A stretch of DNA of 64,000 bases from contig MCFE01000192.1 in the NCBI GenBank assembly GCA_002104905.1, positions 72,785 to 136,784 on the forward strand, in the 5' to 3' direction. The notes below the pieces were generated by a model. It saw only the letters and a program-made list of their open reading frames with translations. It was not told where the DNA came from and did not search any database. The translations under genes were made by a program, and so were the position numbers. Source of the DNA: Basidiobolus meristosporus CBS 931.73. Lineage: Eukaryota; Fungi; Basidiobolomycota. Numbering within the stretch: the first letter of the stretch is position 1; each line of letters opens with the position of its first letter. Positions 48,010 to 60,874 of this stretch are shown one piece after another.

Positions 48010-51000
48010 TACCCATGCCAACTTAACTCATCCACAGCTTTTGTGCAAAGAGTGTGTGAGAGGACTTGTGTGGCTAACCTACAAACATAAAGCTGCACAT
48101 GTATATCTCTGCGGCTACTGTATTCATTTGCTACTCCATCATGCTTGGTGTGCTGATAATATTGGACTTTGCTACATCTTTTGGAGTTTCCTATGGAGTT
48201 TATGTGTGGGAAGAAAGGAAAATGAGTCAAGTTACAGGTATTGCCATATCTCAATTTCATCAGAAAAACTACTTTCAAGTCTGTGATGGATGTGATGAGT
48301 TGGCACATGCAGGACAGCTAGGAATAGTTGGAAAATACTGAGGAATGATGTGTATATGGAGACACATATGCCAATGGCATTGAAAAGCTAAGCAGCCCCA
48401 ATGCATGAGTAATCAGTTGAGTGATGCAAAGTTGGGTTGGGTGCAACAACCAACTAATTTCATCAGGAAGACATTACAAAAGTATACTGGTTTCTCTTGG
48501 TCACAGGCCCATTTCTGTACCATTCAATATGGAACTCACACACAAGAGCTAGAGCACACCTGTAAGAGAGACTAAAACCTAAAAGGAGAAGGAACATATT
48601 GGCTAAATAGTGAGTAGTTCTTTGCAGATATTCAGGAGGTATTCATGGCCAAAGTGGCTGCAACCAAGCATATGTATACAAGATGTATATGTCACCAGCA
48701 ATACAAGTTATATGGCAACTTTGTAGGTATCCCACTAAAAGGCTGGAAAGTTGAGGTGATAGAAGTAAAGAGGGGTGATTCTACAGTGGAATATACAAAT
48801 TGCACAAGTGGAGGTAGAAAAGGAAATACTGTTTGGTATATTGGTACAGTAGCACTAAACAAAACTAGCCGTAGACCACCACAATATCAAAATAGCACCA
48901 TTGGAGGCTCACAAAGAGGTCATCTAAACACTGCTAAGTTTTTTGCCATATAAGGCAATTAGGGTCAGATCCACTTGAATGGATATAGAGCACACTAAGA
49001 TTGCAACAATGCCATACTACCCTTAACAAATATAGTACAAACACTATTATGTTTTTAACTTTATTTGGCTGTAAAATAAGCCAAACAATGTTGTGATCCT
49101 ATTGCAATATTGTGTATATGGTCATTAATTCCAAGCTGCGGACTTTATTGAGGTTTCTCAGCAGGATCTTGACAGCTGATCTGGATTGGATCCACCCAAG
49201 GGACCAAGTAATTTTTCATAGGGGAAAGTTTTGGTAAGCTTTAACTGTACTTTCTGATCAAGTTGACTTAGTAAGCACCAAGAGACTGGTTTAACTGAAA
49301 TCAGTTTGTGTGCTAATAGGTGCATAAGAGGAGTGAGTATTGCATCATCAATCAGCTGATTTCTTGATAACTGCTAAGTGGTTAGATAGATCTCCAATGA
49401 CTGATCCCTTGGAAAGGCCTAGCATATCAGTTGAGGACATAATGACTGCATGAAAGTTGGTCATGTGTGCAAGCTAAAAATAGTTTCTGAGAAAAGATGA
49501 AATAAAGAATAACAGGATTAGTATTGTTGGGGTTAGGGAAAACTGGTTATGGCACTAGATTTTGTGACAGTGCAAAAATGGCAAAGTTTCAAGTGTTGAT
49601 GCACAACACCCTTATGCAGTGATATAATTTTTGTGCGCTCTTTTTTTGAGGTATTATTGCTATATTTCAAAGACACACCAGTGTTCCTCTGCCGTTATAT
49701 TGGGAATTAGCTCAATTCTTGGCTTTCACATTGAGCTACTTGAATTTTCTCCTTGCAGCATGGATACTGTGCTCCTTACCAGGAATATTGATTGCTATAC
49801 ATGGATTATCTGCTCATCCTATCTCTGGACTGCTTCCTGACTTCTCAGGGCCATTGCATCCATCCCATTAGCCACTGCACCTAATTGCCACACTAGATCT
49901 TTGCTGTGAGCTGACAACATACTTGCTGAGTAATGGTAGCAGTGCCGTTATCACAGTCATTTGCTGGTCCTCCACCAGTGGTACAGTGTTAGCCACAATC
50001 TCATCTGTCTGCAAATTGTGGCCAGCTTGTATCTCCACAGACATTTATTGAGTGACTACCAGACTGAGAGCCTGAGGAGTCCACATTATTACCACCAGTG
50101 CTCATACAGCCAACGTATTCTTTTTTGGATATAGCCCTGCTAATTGCATTAAATGTCAGAGCAAGCTGTTGTCCAACCTTTTTTCTGCTATTTTCAGTGG
50201 TGTGGCTTGGTTGGGGACCATAGAACTTTGCTTTATTTTTTGCGGGTATATGTATATGAGTGAGTCAAGCTATAAGGAAAATATACTACTTGTATGTATA
50301 TATGTGGTGCCATACCTTCTCATAATACTTACTTTATTAGGTTATCATTGAATCTTATGTTCATGAAGGTGTATTGTCTCAAATATTGACTGTCTTGAAA
50401 TCATAGAAGTACTGACAAAAAGTGACATATGAGCATTGTATTGTTCAGTGTCAAGTAGTTGGCCCCATGGACAAGACTTCTTTGATTAAATGCTGTAAGA
50501 GAAGGGAAAAGCAACCATAAGGCTATTGTAACATGCCTCTCAGCCATGAAACACACATACTGTATAATAAGTATCATAACAGTCATGGTCAGTGTTTTCC
50601 CAAACAAGTCATATTTCGACATTCATCCATCTTTGCTGTACCAACAATATCTTGGCAGCCACTTGATACTTTGATAATGGCTCCTAGCTGTACTGGTCAC
50701 ATTGTGTAAGTCAATTAAGGAGAGTTTATGATATATTTGGGCTCACCTCAGCTTTCTGTAGGAGTATTTGTCCAGAAGCATATCACCAATGCCAACTTGA
50801 CACTTTGACAGCTTTCATGCAAGGAGTTTGTGATGAGACTTGTGCAGCTATACTACATGAATAGAGCTGAATATGCAGATCTCTACCACTACTGCATCCA
50901 TGTTTTACTCCATCTTGCTTTGTGAGTAGAGAATATTGTACCTTGTTTTTCCTTTTGGGAGTTTCCTGTAGGGCAGATGTATGGGGAGATAGGAAGATAT

Positions 51001-51665
51001 GTTAACTTGCAAGTACTACTATACCCAAATCTCATCAAGAGTATAACCGTCAAGTCCGTCATGATTGTGATGAGTTTTCACATAGAGGACAGCTGGGACA
51101 AGTTGGAAAGTATTGTGGAGAGCTGTGCATATGGAAACATCTAGGCCTTTGGCATTAAGAAACAAAGCGGCCCCAATATGTGGGTTTCAGTTATGCAATG
51201 CAAAGCTGGGCAGGACGCAACAAGCAACCAGATCTTATTAGGATAACCGTATCAAAGTATTCTGGGTTTCTGTTGAGCACAAGCTGATTTCTTTACCTTT
51301 CAGTACAGATTTCATACAAACAAGAATCACATTGTATGTGCAAAGGGGACTAGAGTCCAGTAGGGAGAAGGAATATGTTGGATAAGCACTAAGAAGTATT
51401 TTGTAGATATTCAAGAAGTATCCAAGGCAAAAGTGGTGGCAACCAAGCAGATGTTTGCCAGATGTATATGTTGCCTGTAATACAAGGTGTTTGGTAACTT
51501 TGCAAGTATTGCACTAAAAACCATAAGTTGAGGTAATAGCAGTGTGTCAATTGCAGCAGCTGTGTATGTTAGTACAGGCTAGTCAGCAGGAGGCCAAGTT
51601 TTTATTAATTCAACCTATGATCTGGATTGGATCTACCTGTGGGACCAAATTATTTCTCATAGGGG
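48010..51665 (+). mobile_element. CACTA/CMC fragments with end-A termini at about 49224 and 51665
   Basis: Termini TTTTTCATAGGGG and TTCTCATAGGGG, with transposase 3' and accessory-gene fragments. 49225-49630 is unassigned. Confidence 0.7.
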
Positions 51666-51726
51666 TAAGATTCAATGAACACCGGCCCTAGAAATCATTA
51701 TAAATAAAGCTGTAGCTTTACATACA

Positions 51727-54700
51727 TGTTATGATCTACTGCTTGAATGTTTAAGTTAGATCAGTTTTTAGTCAAATCAATTAGTTATATGCTTAGCTTA
51801 TCAGTATGTCAGTATTATCTATCAAATCAGTAGCATTAGTCAGCAAAAGAATCAGTAGATCCTTATCAGACAGGATTAGATATAATAGGTAGGATCTTAT
51901 TGGGTGATGATGATGCAATCAAATGAGTCATCAGCCACAGCCTACATTAGGAAATACAACTAGTCAGAAATTAATCTGGTAAAATGTATATAAAGAGCTG
52001 CTGGAACCTCAATAAAAATCAGTTCAAGTTTTAGTGAATACAATACTAGCTAAACTCCCTATTCCTCTTGAACTCTTATACCAAGACTTGTAACATTGGT
52101 ATCAGCAATAACCAGTAACCTCCCTCCTGACAAAAGAAGAAGCCTCCCTTAAGATGTCCAAAATCTAGAATGGAAAAATGCTATGCAACAAATCCTGGCC
52201 CAGCAGCAACAGTTACTCCAGATCCTTAGCAAGCAGCAACAAGGAATGACTATCATGGCCCAAAGCCAGCAAAACCCTGTCAAGAGCAACTTTAATGTGA
52301 AGGTCAACTGGTACCATGGTAGAGTTAATGAAAACCTGGGAACTTGGCTCTTCCAGATTGAAGAAGCTTTCTAGGCAAAGGGTATTGCTCCAGAAAGCAA
52401 GTTACATTATGCAGCCTCTTACCTGGCAGATGCAGCTTTACAGTGGTACCACAACAAGATCAGGTCAACCACCATGATGGGATGCTCTACAATCTCTACC
52501 TGAGATGCGTTTATGTTGGAAACTCAGGATACTGCTGAGCCCCCTCACCAACAGACATTACTCAGAAGAAAGTTGAAGACACTCAGACAGAAAGGAAAGG
52601 TCCAAAAGTTCATCTATGAATATAGATGTCTACTTGGACAAATTGCAAGATTGGACCCTCTGGATCATGTTGAATACTGTATTGATGGGTTGAAAGTAAG
52701 AACACATAAGGAGGTGAATTATCTAAGACCTCAGACTATTGAAGTAGCCATCAAAATTGCCATTGACTATGACTCAGCTATGTTTGGAATTGGGAAGCCC
52801 ACAATGACTAATCAGAGAGGCTACAATCACCATGAAAGAAGACAATTAGAAGCAGTGCCAGTGGAAATAGATGCTATGCAGAAGGATCCTACCTCAGAAG
52901 AATGTAAGAAGAAAGGACCTTGCTTAAATTGCCACCAGCAGAGGCATATTGCAAAGTACTGCCCTCAAAGAAGAAATGGACACCAGACATTGAGAGCCTT
53001 TAATCATATTGAAGCCCTGGAGCATAGTAACATGGAGGATGAGCTTGAAGAAGACTTAGAATGCACCTTCTATTCAGGAGAAGAATACATATCCCAGATG
53101 ACCTCAAACTCAGGAAAGCTATTATACTTGAATGGAGTAATCAATGGAGTACCTGCCAAGATCATGATTGACTCAGGAGCATTGCATGAGTACATGTCGG
53201 AGCAATTTGCTTTGAAAGCTGGAATCAACTTGGAACCCACCAAATCTACTTCAGTCTCAACAGCTGATGGGAACTCTCACATAATCAACCATATTACTCA
53301 GCCAGTAAGGATGAAGATCAATGACTATGAAGAAGATCTACAGGCCTATATATTTGGGAACTGCAAGTTTGACCTTGTATTTGGGACAACCTGGCTATTT
53401 TGTTGGAATCCATCAATCAACTGGAGAGCCCATGCCACCCAGATCTGGAAAGACAACAAGACCTATGAGCTATTACCTGCCAGACTGGATTTTAACTTGG
53501 TCAATTCCAGTGTGGGTGAAACAATGAACTTAGCAAGATCCAGTTCTGTAGAGCACTAAGAAAAGGCACCCAGATGTTCCTCATGGCAGTATTACAGGAG
53601 GATTCCTCTACTCCAATACCCTAGAAGGCCTAGACTCCTTTGAAGATATATTCAGGCATATTTCCAGTTGAATTTGTGAGCCTACCACCAGTCAGAGATG
53701 TGGATCATGCCATTGCAATAGGAGATAGCCCTCTAGTGAGTAAGACACCTTATAGAATGAGTCCATTGGAGTTGGAAGAGATGAAGAGACAAATAGATCA
53801 GTTACTGGAGCAAGGATATATCAGGCCCAGCAAGTCACCTTGGGGAGCACCAGTACTTTTGTGAAGAAGAAGGATGGAACACTTGGGATGTGCATTGACT
53901 ACAGAGCCCTCAACTCAGTTACCATGAGGAATAAGTACCCCATACCTTGGATTGATGAGCTTTTGGACTAATCAATGGAGTCACTATTTTCAGCAACATT
54001 GACCTCATGTCAGGATACAACCAGATTAGGGTAAAGCCAGAAGACATCCCTAAGACAGCATTCAGTACCAGATATGAGCATTACAAGTACTTAGTCATGA
54101 GTTTTGGTCTCACTAATGCCCCTGCAACATTCATGACTCTGATGCAGACTGTCTTCCAGGAGTACTTTGACAAGTTTGTGATAATCTACCTAGATGAGAT
54201 ATTGATATACAGCAAGACAGAAAAGGATTACATGATGCACATTGAAAAGGTCTTGAAGAAGCTAAGAGAGAACAAACTATAAGGCAAGCTAGCCAAGTGT
54301 GAGCTCCTCAAGGAACATGTTGAATATCTGGGACACATAGGGACTAGAACAGCAGTGACTTTAGATGCTAAGAAGGTTGAAGTTATCAAGAATCTGAAGC
54401 AGCCCCATAGCTTATCAGAGCTCAGATCATTCCTTGGAATGGTTTCCTATTATTGGAAACATGTCAAGTCCTTTGCAAGTACTGCAGCCCCTTTAACTGA
54501 TATCCTCAAGAAAGACAATACCTACAAGTGGGACATAGCTTGTGAGAATGCCTTCCAGACACTCAAGAATGAACTTGCCAAGCTGCTAAGCTTAAGAATA
54601 CCTGATATCAGAAAAGAGCTTACTCTGTGCACAGATGCTTCAGATTATGCAATTGGTAGAGTGCTGAGCCACAAACATAAGGGAAAGGACTACCCAGTTG

Positions 54701-56384
54701 CCTTTGAATCCAGGAAACTGAACTCAGCAGAACAAAACTATCCAGTGCATGAGAAGGAGATGCTTGCTATAATACACTGTTTGAAGACATGGAGATGCTA
54801 TATTGAAGGAGTCAAATGCACTGTCAACACTGATCATGCCTCCCTCAAGTATATATTTACTCAGAATGTACTCTCTAAAAGAATGACAAGATAGAGTGAA
54901 TACATTCAGCAATTTGATTTGGAGATTGTCTACTGCCCTGGGAAAAACAACATGGTTGCTAATGCCTTATCAAGATTAGAATATGTTGCACAACTCAACT
55001 TGGTGCATGAATCAGATTGGCCTAGCCTATTACCAAAGTACTTGGAGAGCCAAGCCCATCCTAATGAGGTGGATGAAGATATCAAGAAGATAATCTTGGA
55101 TGAAGCCGGCAAACTTGTAGTACAGGATGAAACACTCTACCAACTTCTATGTGAAAGCCAGAGCTTGGTGGCCCTGAATGAAACATCATATTGAGAAGTT
55201 AGTGAAAACATGCCCAAATTGCCAAATCAACCAAGGCCAACCACAGAGAACTGCTTAACTCTTTCCCTTGGAGCCTGTAAAACCATTTGAAAGATGGGGA
55301 ATTGACTTTACTGGAAGACTGCCAACAACCAGGAAATGCAACCATTGGATCCTAGTAGCAATTGGCCATGCCACTAAATGGCCAGTGGCTAAAGCTGTAC
55401 CTATAGCCAGTGAACAAGAAGTTGCAACCTTTATATACCATGAGATCCTTACAAAGCTTGGATGCCCTGTAGAAACTCTATCCAATAGAGGAGCAAACTC
55501 TATGGCAAAGACATTGGAAGCTTACCTGGAAATGCAGCAGATCAAACACTTGAAAACCTTTACATATCACCCCAGAACTAATGGAGTCACTGAATGCTTT
55601 AATGTATTATTTGGAAAAATGCTCACCAAGTATGCAAATGAAGCTGTCAGTAGATGGGATGAGTAATAAAGATGTCAAGTGGCACAGGCCAAAGTATCTC
55701 AAAGTGCGGAAAAGATGAAGCAGAGCTTTGATAAGACTATAGCACTAGGAGCATTGACATTTGGGATCTTTGTATTGCTAAGAAATAACACTTGGAAGAA
55801 GTTTGAGCCACAATGGACAGGAACATTCAAGATCATCAGAGAATGTCCATTTGCAACTTACCAACTAGTGGACAAACAAAGCAATATCTGGGAAGACTTA
55901 GTGCATAGGGACAGACTCAAGCTTGCAAGACTTGCTGATATTACTGAACCATCAAGATATTAATATCACAAGAAAAGAGATTCAGGAGAACCCTCTCAAC
56001 TTTAGTAGGGGAGATTGTTATGATCTACAGCTTGAATGTTTAAGTTGGATCAGCTTTTAGTCAAATTAATTAGTTATATGCTTAGCTTTGCAGTATATCA
56101 GCGTTATATATTAAATCAGTAGCATTAGTCAGCAAATGAATCGACAGATCCTTATCATACAGAACTAGATATATTAGATAGGATCTTATTGGATGATGAT
56201 GATGCAATCAGATGAGTCATCAGCCACAGCCTACATTAGGAAATACAAATAATCAGCAATTGATCTGGCAAAATGTATATAAGGAGCTGCTGGAACCTCA
56301 ATAAAAATCAGTTCAAGTTTTAGTGAATACAATACTAGCTAAACTCCATATTCCTCTACAACTCTAATACCAAGACTTGTAACA
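51727..56384 (+). mobile_element. Ty3/Gypsy LTR retrotransposon with two LTRs, pseudogenised, integrase internally deleted
   Basis: 369-bp LTRs at 51727-52095 and 56016-56384, PBS TGGTATCAG (tRNA-Met) and PPT TTTAGTAGGGGAGAT. It has gag with a degenerate CCHC, protease IDSGA, RT ([15 protein letters not shown]), RNase H (TDASDYAIG) and integrase (WGIDF). No matching TSD. Confidence 0.93.
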
Positions 56385-59300
56385 CTGTGACAATAACTGA
56401 ATGGCATTGTTGCGGTCTTGTAGCGCTCTACACAAATTTTAAATGGATCTAACTGGCCAGGACATCCCATTGCCTTATCTGGCAAAAAACTTGACAGTCT
56501 ATTGATGGCCTTACAGCAAGAATCTGAAGGCATTATTAAGGTAGAATGGCTGCCTACAGTTAGTTATGTGTAATGCTACCAGACCATTTTGCCCAGTGGT
56601 ATTTCCTTTTTCTACCTCACCTTGTGCATTCATATGTTCAACTGTAGAATCACCTATCTTTATTTGCTTACCCACTACTATCTTGGGTATTCTACATATA
56701 GTTTGAATCCAAAAAACTATGCCCTCCTGCTTACCAACCTCTACTGATGCCAACACCTGCCGCAATTGACATACTTCTATCACATCAACTTTATGGCTTT
56801 TTAGTGTGACACTTGCAAAGTTGCCATATATCTTGTAATGCTGGTAACATATACATCTTGCAAACATATGCTTTGTTGTTGCCACTTCTGCCATGAATAC
56901 CTCCTGAATATCTGCAAAGAACTTTTTGGTATCTACCAAATATATTCCTTCTCCCTGCTGGATTCTAGTACTCCTTATAGGTGAACTCTTTGAGCTTCTT
57001 GGCATTTTGCCAATATATTACTTCTTCCTGCTGGATTCTAGTCCCCCTTATAGGTGTGCTATGGCTCTTGCTGGTGTGAATTCTGTAATGAATGGTGTGG
57101 AAGTTGGCATATGACCATAAGAAATCCTGCATGCCTTGGTAGAGGTTTCCTAATAAAGATCAGTTGCTGTTGCACCCAACCCAACTTTGCATTACTTAAC
57201 TAATTTTCCACGCATTTAGACTGCTTAGCTTCTTAATGCCATAGGCATAGGTGTCTCTATGTGCACATCTGTCCTCAGTGTTTTCCAACTCTTCCTAGCT
57301 GTCCTCCATGTGCCAACTCATCACATCCATGACAGACTTAAAGATAATATTCTCAATGTGATTGGGATATGGTAGTACCTGCAACTGACTTGTCTTCCTA
57401 TCTTCCCACACATCCACTCCATAGGAAACTCCCAAAAGGTGAAGCAAGGCCCAATATTCTCCACACACTGTGCAAGATGGAGTAGAGAATGGATAAAGTA
57501 GTGGCAGATATCTATGTGTTCAGATTTATGCTTGTAGTATAGCTGCTCAAATCCTGTCACAAACTCCTTGCACAACAGATGTAAATGCGTCAGGAGACCT
57601 TGGTGATCTGCTTCTGCTAAAATATTCATTCAATGTCCATATATGACTTGCAATGCTTCCAATGTACTCTTGGTAGAAATGGCTTCAGTACACCACTTGA
57701 GTAAATACATATCCAGTTCATCCAGTCTTTGCATTTGTATTATTGCCTATGCATATGAATATTGATTGGAGCCATAAGAAGTACCTGAGGTAGTGGCCAC
57801 TCTGTAATATCTTGCCAATTCTTTCAAGTTTCTCTGGTATCTTGAAGGGCTCATTTAGCTTGAAATCCCACATGTACAACTTGGTCATCAGTACAGGGAT
57901 ATTGTTGAAAAGCAAATTCATTGCTCCCTGTGGAAAGCATTTGCTCCAACAGATACTCTCTATCATGAGTATCTCCAGTTTCAGTTTGATTCCATATTCT
58001 GACAAATGGCTAATAGCTTGCCAACTTTGCTGCAATTGCATGCTGACTTCTGTATGTTCTCTCTGTGGGAAGATGATGTACCTAGTGATGGTGGTTGTGT
58101 AATAATAATGTATGTCAGCTATGGAGTAAATCCCCTGGATCTCACAAATTCAATAGCAATACTGTCCATTGTGCCTAGAAAGGCCTGCTATCTTGCTGAT
58201 GGCTAGGGTAGCTCTAATGCAGATAATAAAATGCGCTGTAGTGGGGTGACAGTGACACCCACTGACAGATGTGCTCATTCCCTCATTTTCTACTTCCCAA
58301 TATCCCTACTACATTTATTTTAGTTTTATCCCATTTGTCTCACCCAATCAGTACTATCCAATAAGCCGGTTGACTATCACACCGGCTTACCTTATTGCAT
58401 AAGTTACCCTCACTTTATGTAGATTACTGGCTATAAGCACTTCTATATTAGGCAAGTACCCGCACCAGTACCCGTGACACATGATTAACCCATGTCACCA
58501 TACCTACAATTTCCATACCATATATGGTATCCCTATGTTACACAGGTTTCAGAATACTGATTCCTGATTGGTTGGATGTGCTGTGCCTCTTAGAACCTTC
58601 CGGCACCTACTTAGAACATTCTTAGGTCATTCTGATGTCATGAAGATTTCTATTGATATCCAGAACCTTCTGGAACACCATGATTAGTAATCACTTAGCC
58701 AGTAAGAAAAGTTTTTAAGGGAGGCTATCCCTCAACAATAAATCATCATCCCTTTTATCAATATACCAACTTGTTGATTAGTGTGATCACTGCTACCTGC
58801 TGCTACCTGAATTTTCAACCCTAGACCACAGGACACTCCCAGGAAACCATGCTGACAGCCAACTGACCTTGGAGGCACTACTTGTGAGGAATACTCAGAG
58901 TAGGTATCTTTTGTTATATTTGATTCTTTCCCAAGTTTGTTCTTGTACAGGCAAAGATACTTTTCTGTCTTTGTAACTATTGACCACATCTGCATTCTTA
59001 TCAAGTCCCTGCTGGTGGAGTTTACAGTTGTTTTGACTTTGGAAGCTTTAGTACATTGTCATCTCAAAGGACGCTGAACCCAGCACATACTTTTGTTAAG
59101 ATGCCAATTAAGTTGGGGATTGTAGCTCAATAGTTTTCCCTTGACAAGCTGGTGGCTTTACACCCCTTCACATTAGATTAGAGACAGAACCCAAGTATTC
59201 CTAGCAAGCTTTTGCCAGAGGTTATTGCACCCAGTGAGCACCCCACACACAAAACACTTGAGAAGTGTTGGATGTATCTCTCCCTTGGACTTATACACCA

Positions 59301-60441
59301 CCACAGTGCTTTTATATGATAGCCATTTACTGTTATCCTGCTGGAAAGCATAAAAAACTCATTTAGCAATAGATACAGGCAGCAATTCAGGTTGGACAGT
59401 GATTTAGGCCCAGATACCAGTGAGACTACCATCAGATTTTTGCTCTGTTACTGTAAGATGGGTGGCCAATTCCGATTGATGAGAATCAGTGGCCAGCAGA
59501 ATTTACTGGTAGAGTAACTGTTTAATGAGAATCCATCAAGTGCTAAGGCAAAGGCATGATCACACATACCTTCAAAGTAGCCCTTGCTTCTTCTCTGCTT
59601 ATAATGTCTGCCATTGAATATAATGGATATGTTGGCAGTGGATTGATACTGAGTGTGGTACTGTAGAGCTTTGCAATATTTGTTAGACTGCATTAGCTTC
59701 TTTAGATGGGGTATTACTGGAATTTATCTGGAGTGTGAGCAATTTTTCCCTCAATGGTGTTGGATTCCTTACAGCTTGGACAGGTTGCAATGGTAGCATT
59801 TTTGGATGTGAATGCTATGCAACTGTTAAAACATACTGGAATCAGGACAGTCTCTGGGTCATATGCTGCCAGCTGCATGATGGTTGTCCACTTGTACCAT
59901 ATACACGGTAAGTTGCATCCCAGAATATTCTTGGCAAGAAGTAGTAATAAATCCTCAAAGCCCCCAATACTGATATTAGTGGAAACCTGTCACTTCTCCA
60001 GCCACAACTTTACATTAGTCTCCATTAGATGGATTACTGGGCTCACTTGGATCCATAAAGTATCCTTAGCATTTGTTTCAATGGGTGATGTCTCATTGTA
60101 TATAGGGATCTGACTGGGCTCATGCATGGTACTGCTGATAGGGTTGATAGGCTCAAAATCCATCAGTGAACCTTCTTTGTCAGAGCTATCACTCTGTGTG
60201 CCATATTCAGAAGGCTGAGGTGAGCATAAAGGCATCACAAACTTGCCTGACTCAGTTTGCGCAAGGTGACAAAGACGGCCAGGTGCCAATATAGAAGTAT
60301 CAACTGGCTGGCAAGATAATGTTGGTACAGTAGTAACCAATGAATGATCAAATATGACTTGGGTGGCAAAACACTGGCCATGATCCTTGTAATACTTCCT
60401 ATACTGTCTATGTGCTTTGTGGCTGAAAGGCTTGCCACAAT
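56385..60441 (-). mobile_element. CACTA/CMC copy C (transposase on -), interrupted by a solo LTR and a PHIS element
   Basis: Motifs GPCFTFWEFPMEWMCG and HAFALALDGFSL, plus an N-terminal CGKPFSHKAHRQYRKYYKDHGQC. Collinear with copy B. Confidence 0.85.
58237..59305 (+). mobile_element. Solo LTR of an orphan family (1069 bp) with 4-bp TSD GCGC/GTGC
   Basis: Termini TGTAGTGG...CCACCACA. It interrupts the CACTA site ATGC[A/G]CTTTTACATG seen intact near 27372-27387. Confidence 0.8.
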
Positions 60442-60874
60442 AGACTTGTTCTGTTGGATAGTGCCACATAGTGCCAGCCTGTTTATGGTGCTGGATTGAT
60501 CTGGCACTATCTGGAACTATAATTTCTACCATCATGCCAGTGGTAGGTTATAGTTACTGGTAATTTTACTTAATTTTACTTATGTTGCTCAGAGTAGTGC
60601 TTTCCTTGCTTTATTTAATCTTTGTAATGCTCCAGACACATTTCTCTCAGTGAATGTCTTCTTGTATGAATATACTGTGCATTGATAAGTATCTTAACTA
60701 CTTTACCTATTCTGCTATTTTCTCCTATATATGACTTTCCTCTGTATTTACCTGCCAATATGCTGAATCTCTTCAGATATCCAAATGTATGCTCTACCCT
60801 CACTCTGAAATGATTAAATATCTCATTGTAGAACTTCTGCTTTCTGCTTAGCACACCATTCCTTGGCTTCTTAT
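60442..60874 (-). mobile_element. End of a PHIS-superfamily (PIF/Harbinger-ISL2EU-like, DDE_Tnp_4) transposon: TIR plus transposase C-terminus
   Basis: TIR AGACTTGTTCTGTTGGATAGTGCCACA preceded by AAT. The minus strand reads KKPRNGVLSRKQKFYNEIFNHFRVRVEHTFGYLKRFSIL and is cut at 60875 by a Copia LTR. Confidence 0.8.

Noticed and set aside
56935-57060. Local duplication of about 75 bp (…CTGCTGGATTCTAGT… twice)
   Set aside because: It is private to decayed CACTA copy C and is probably a slippage or repair product.
59178-60535. ORFs 59178-59432 and 59990-60535 as novel fusion proteins
   Set aside because: Both cross insertion junctions (solo LTR at 59305, PHIS TIR at 60442) and are chance read-throughs of CACTA transposase fragments.
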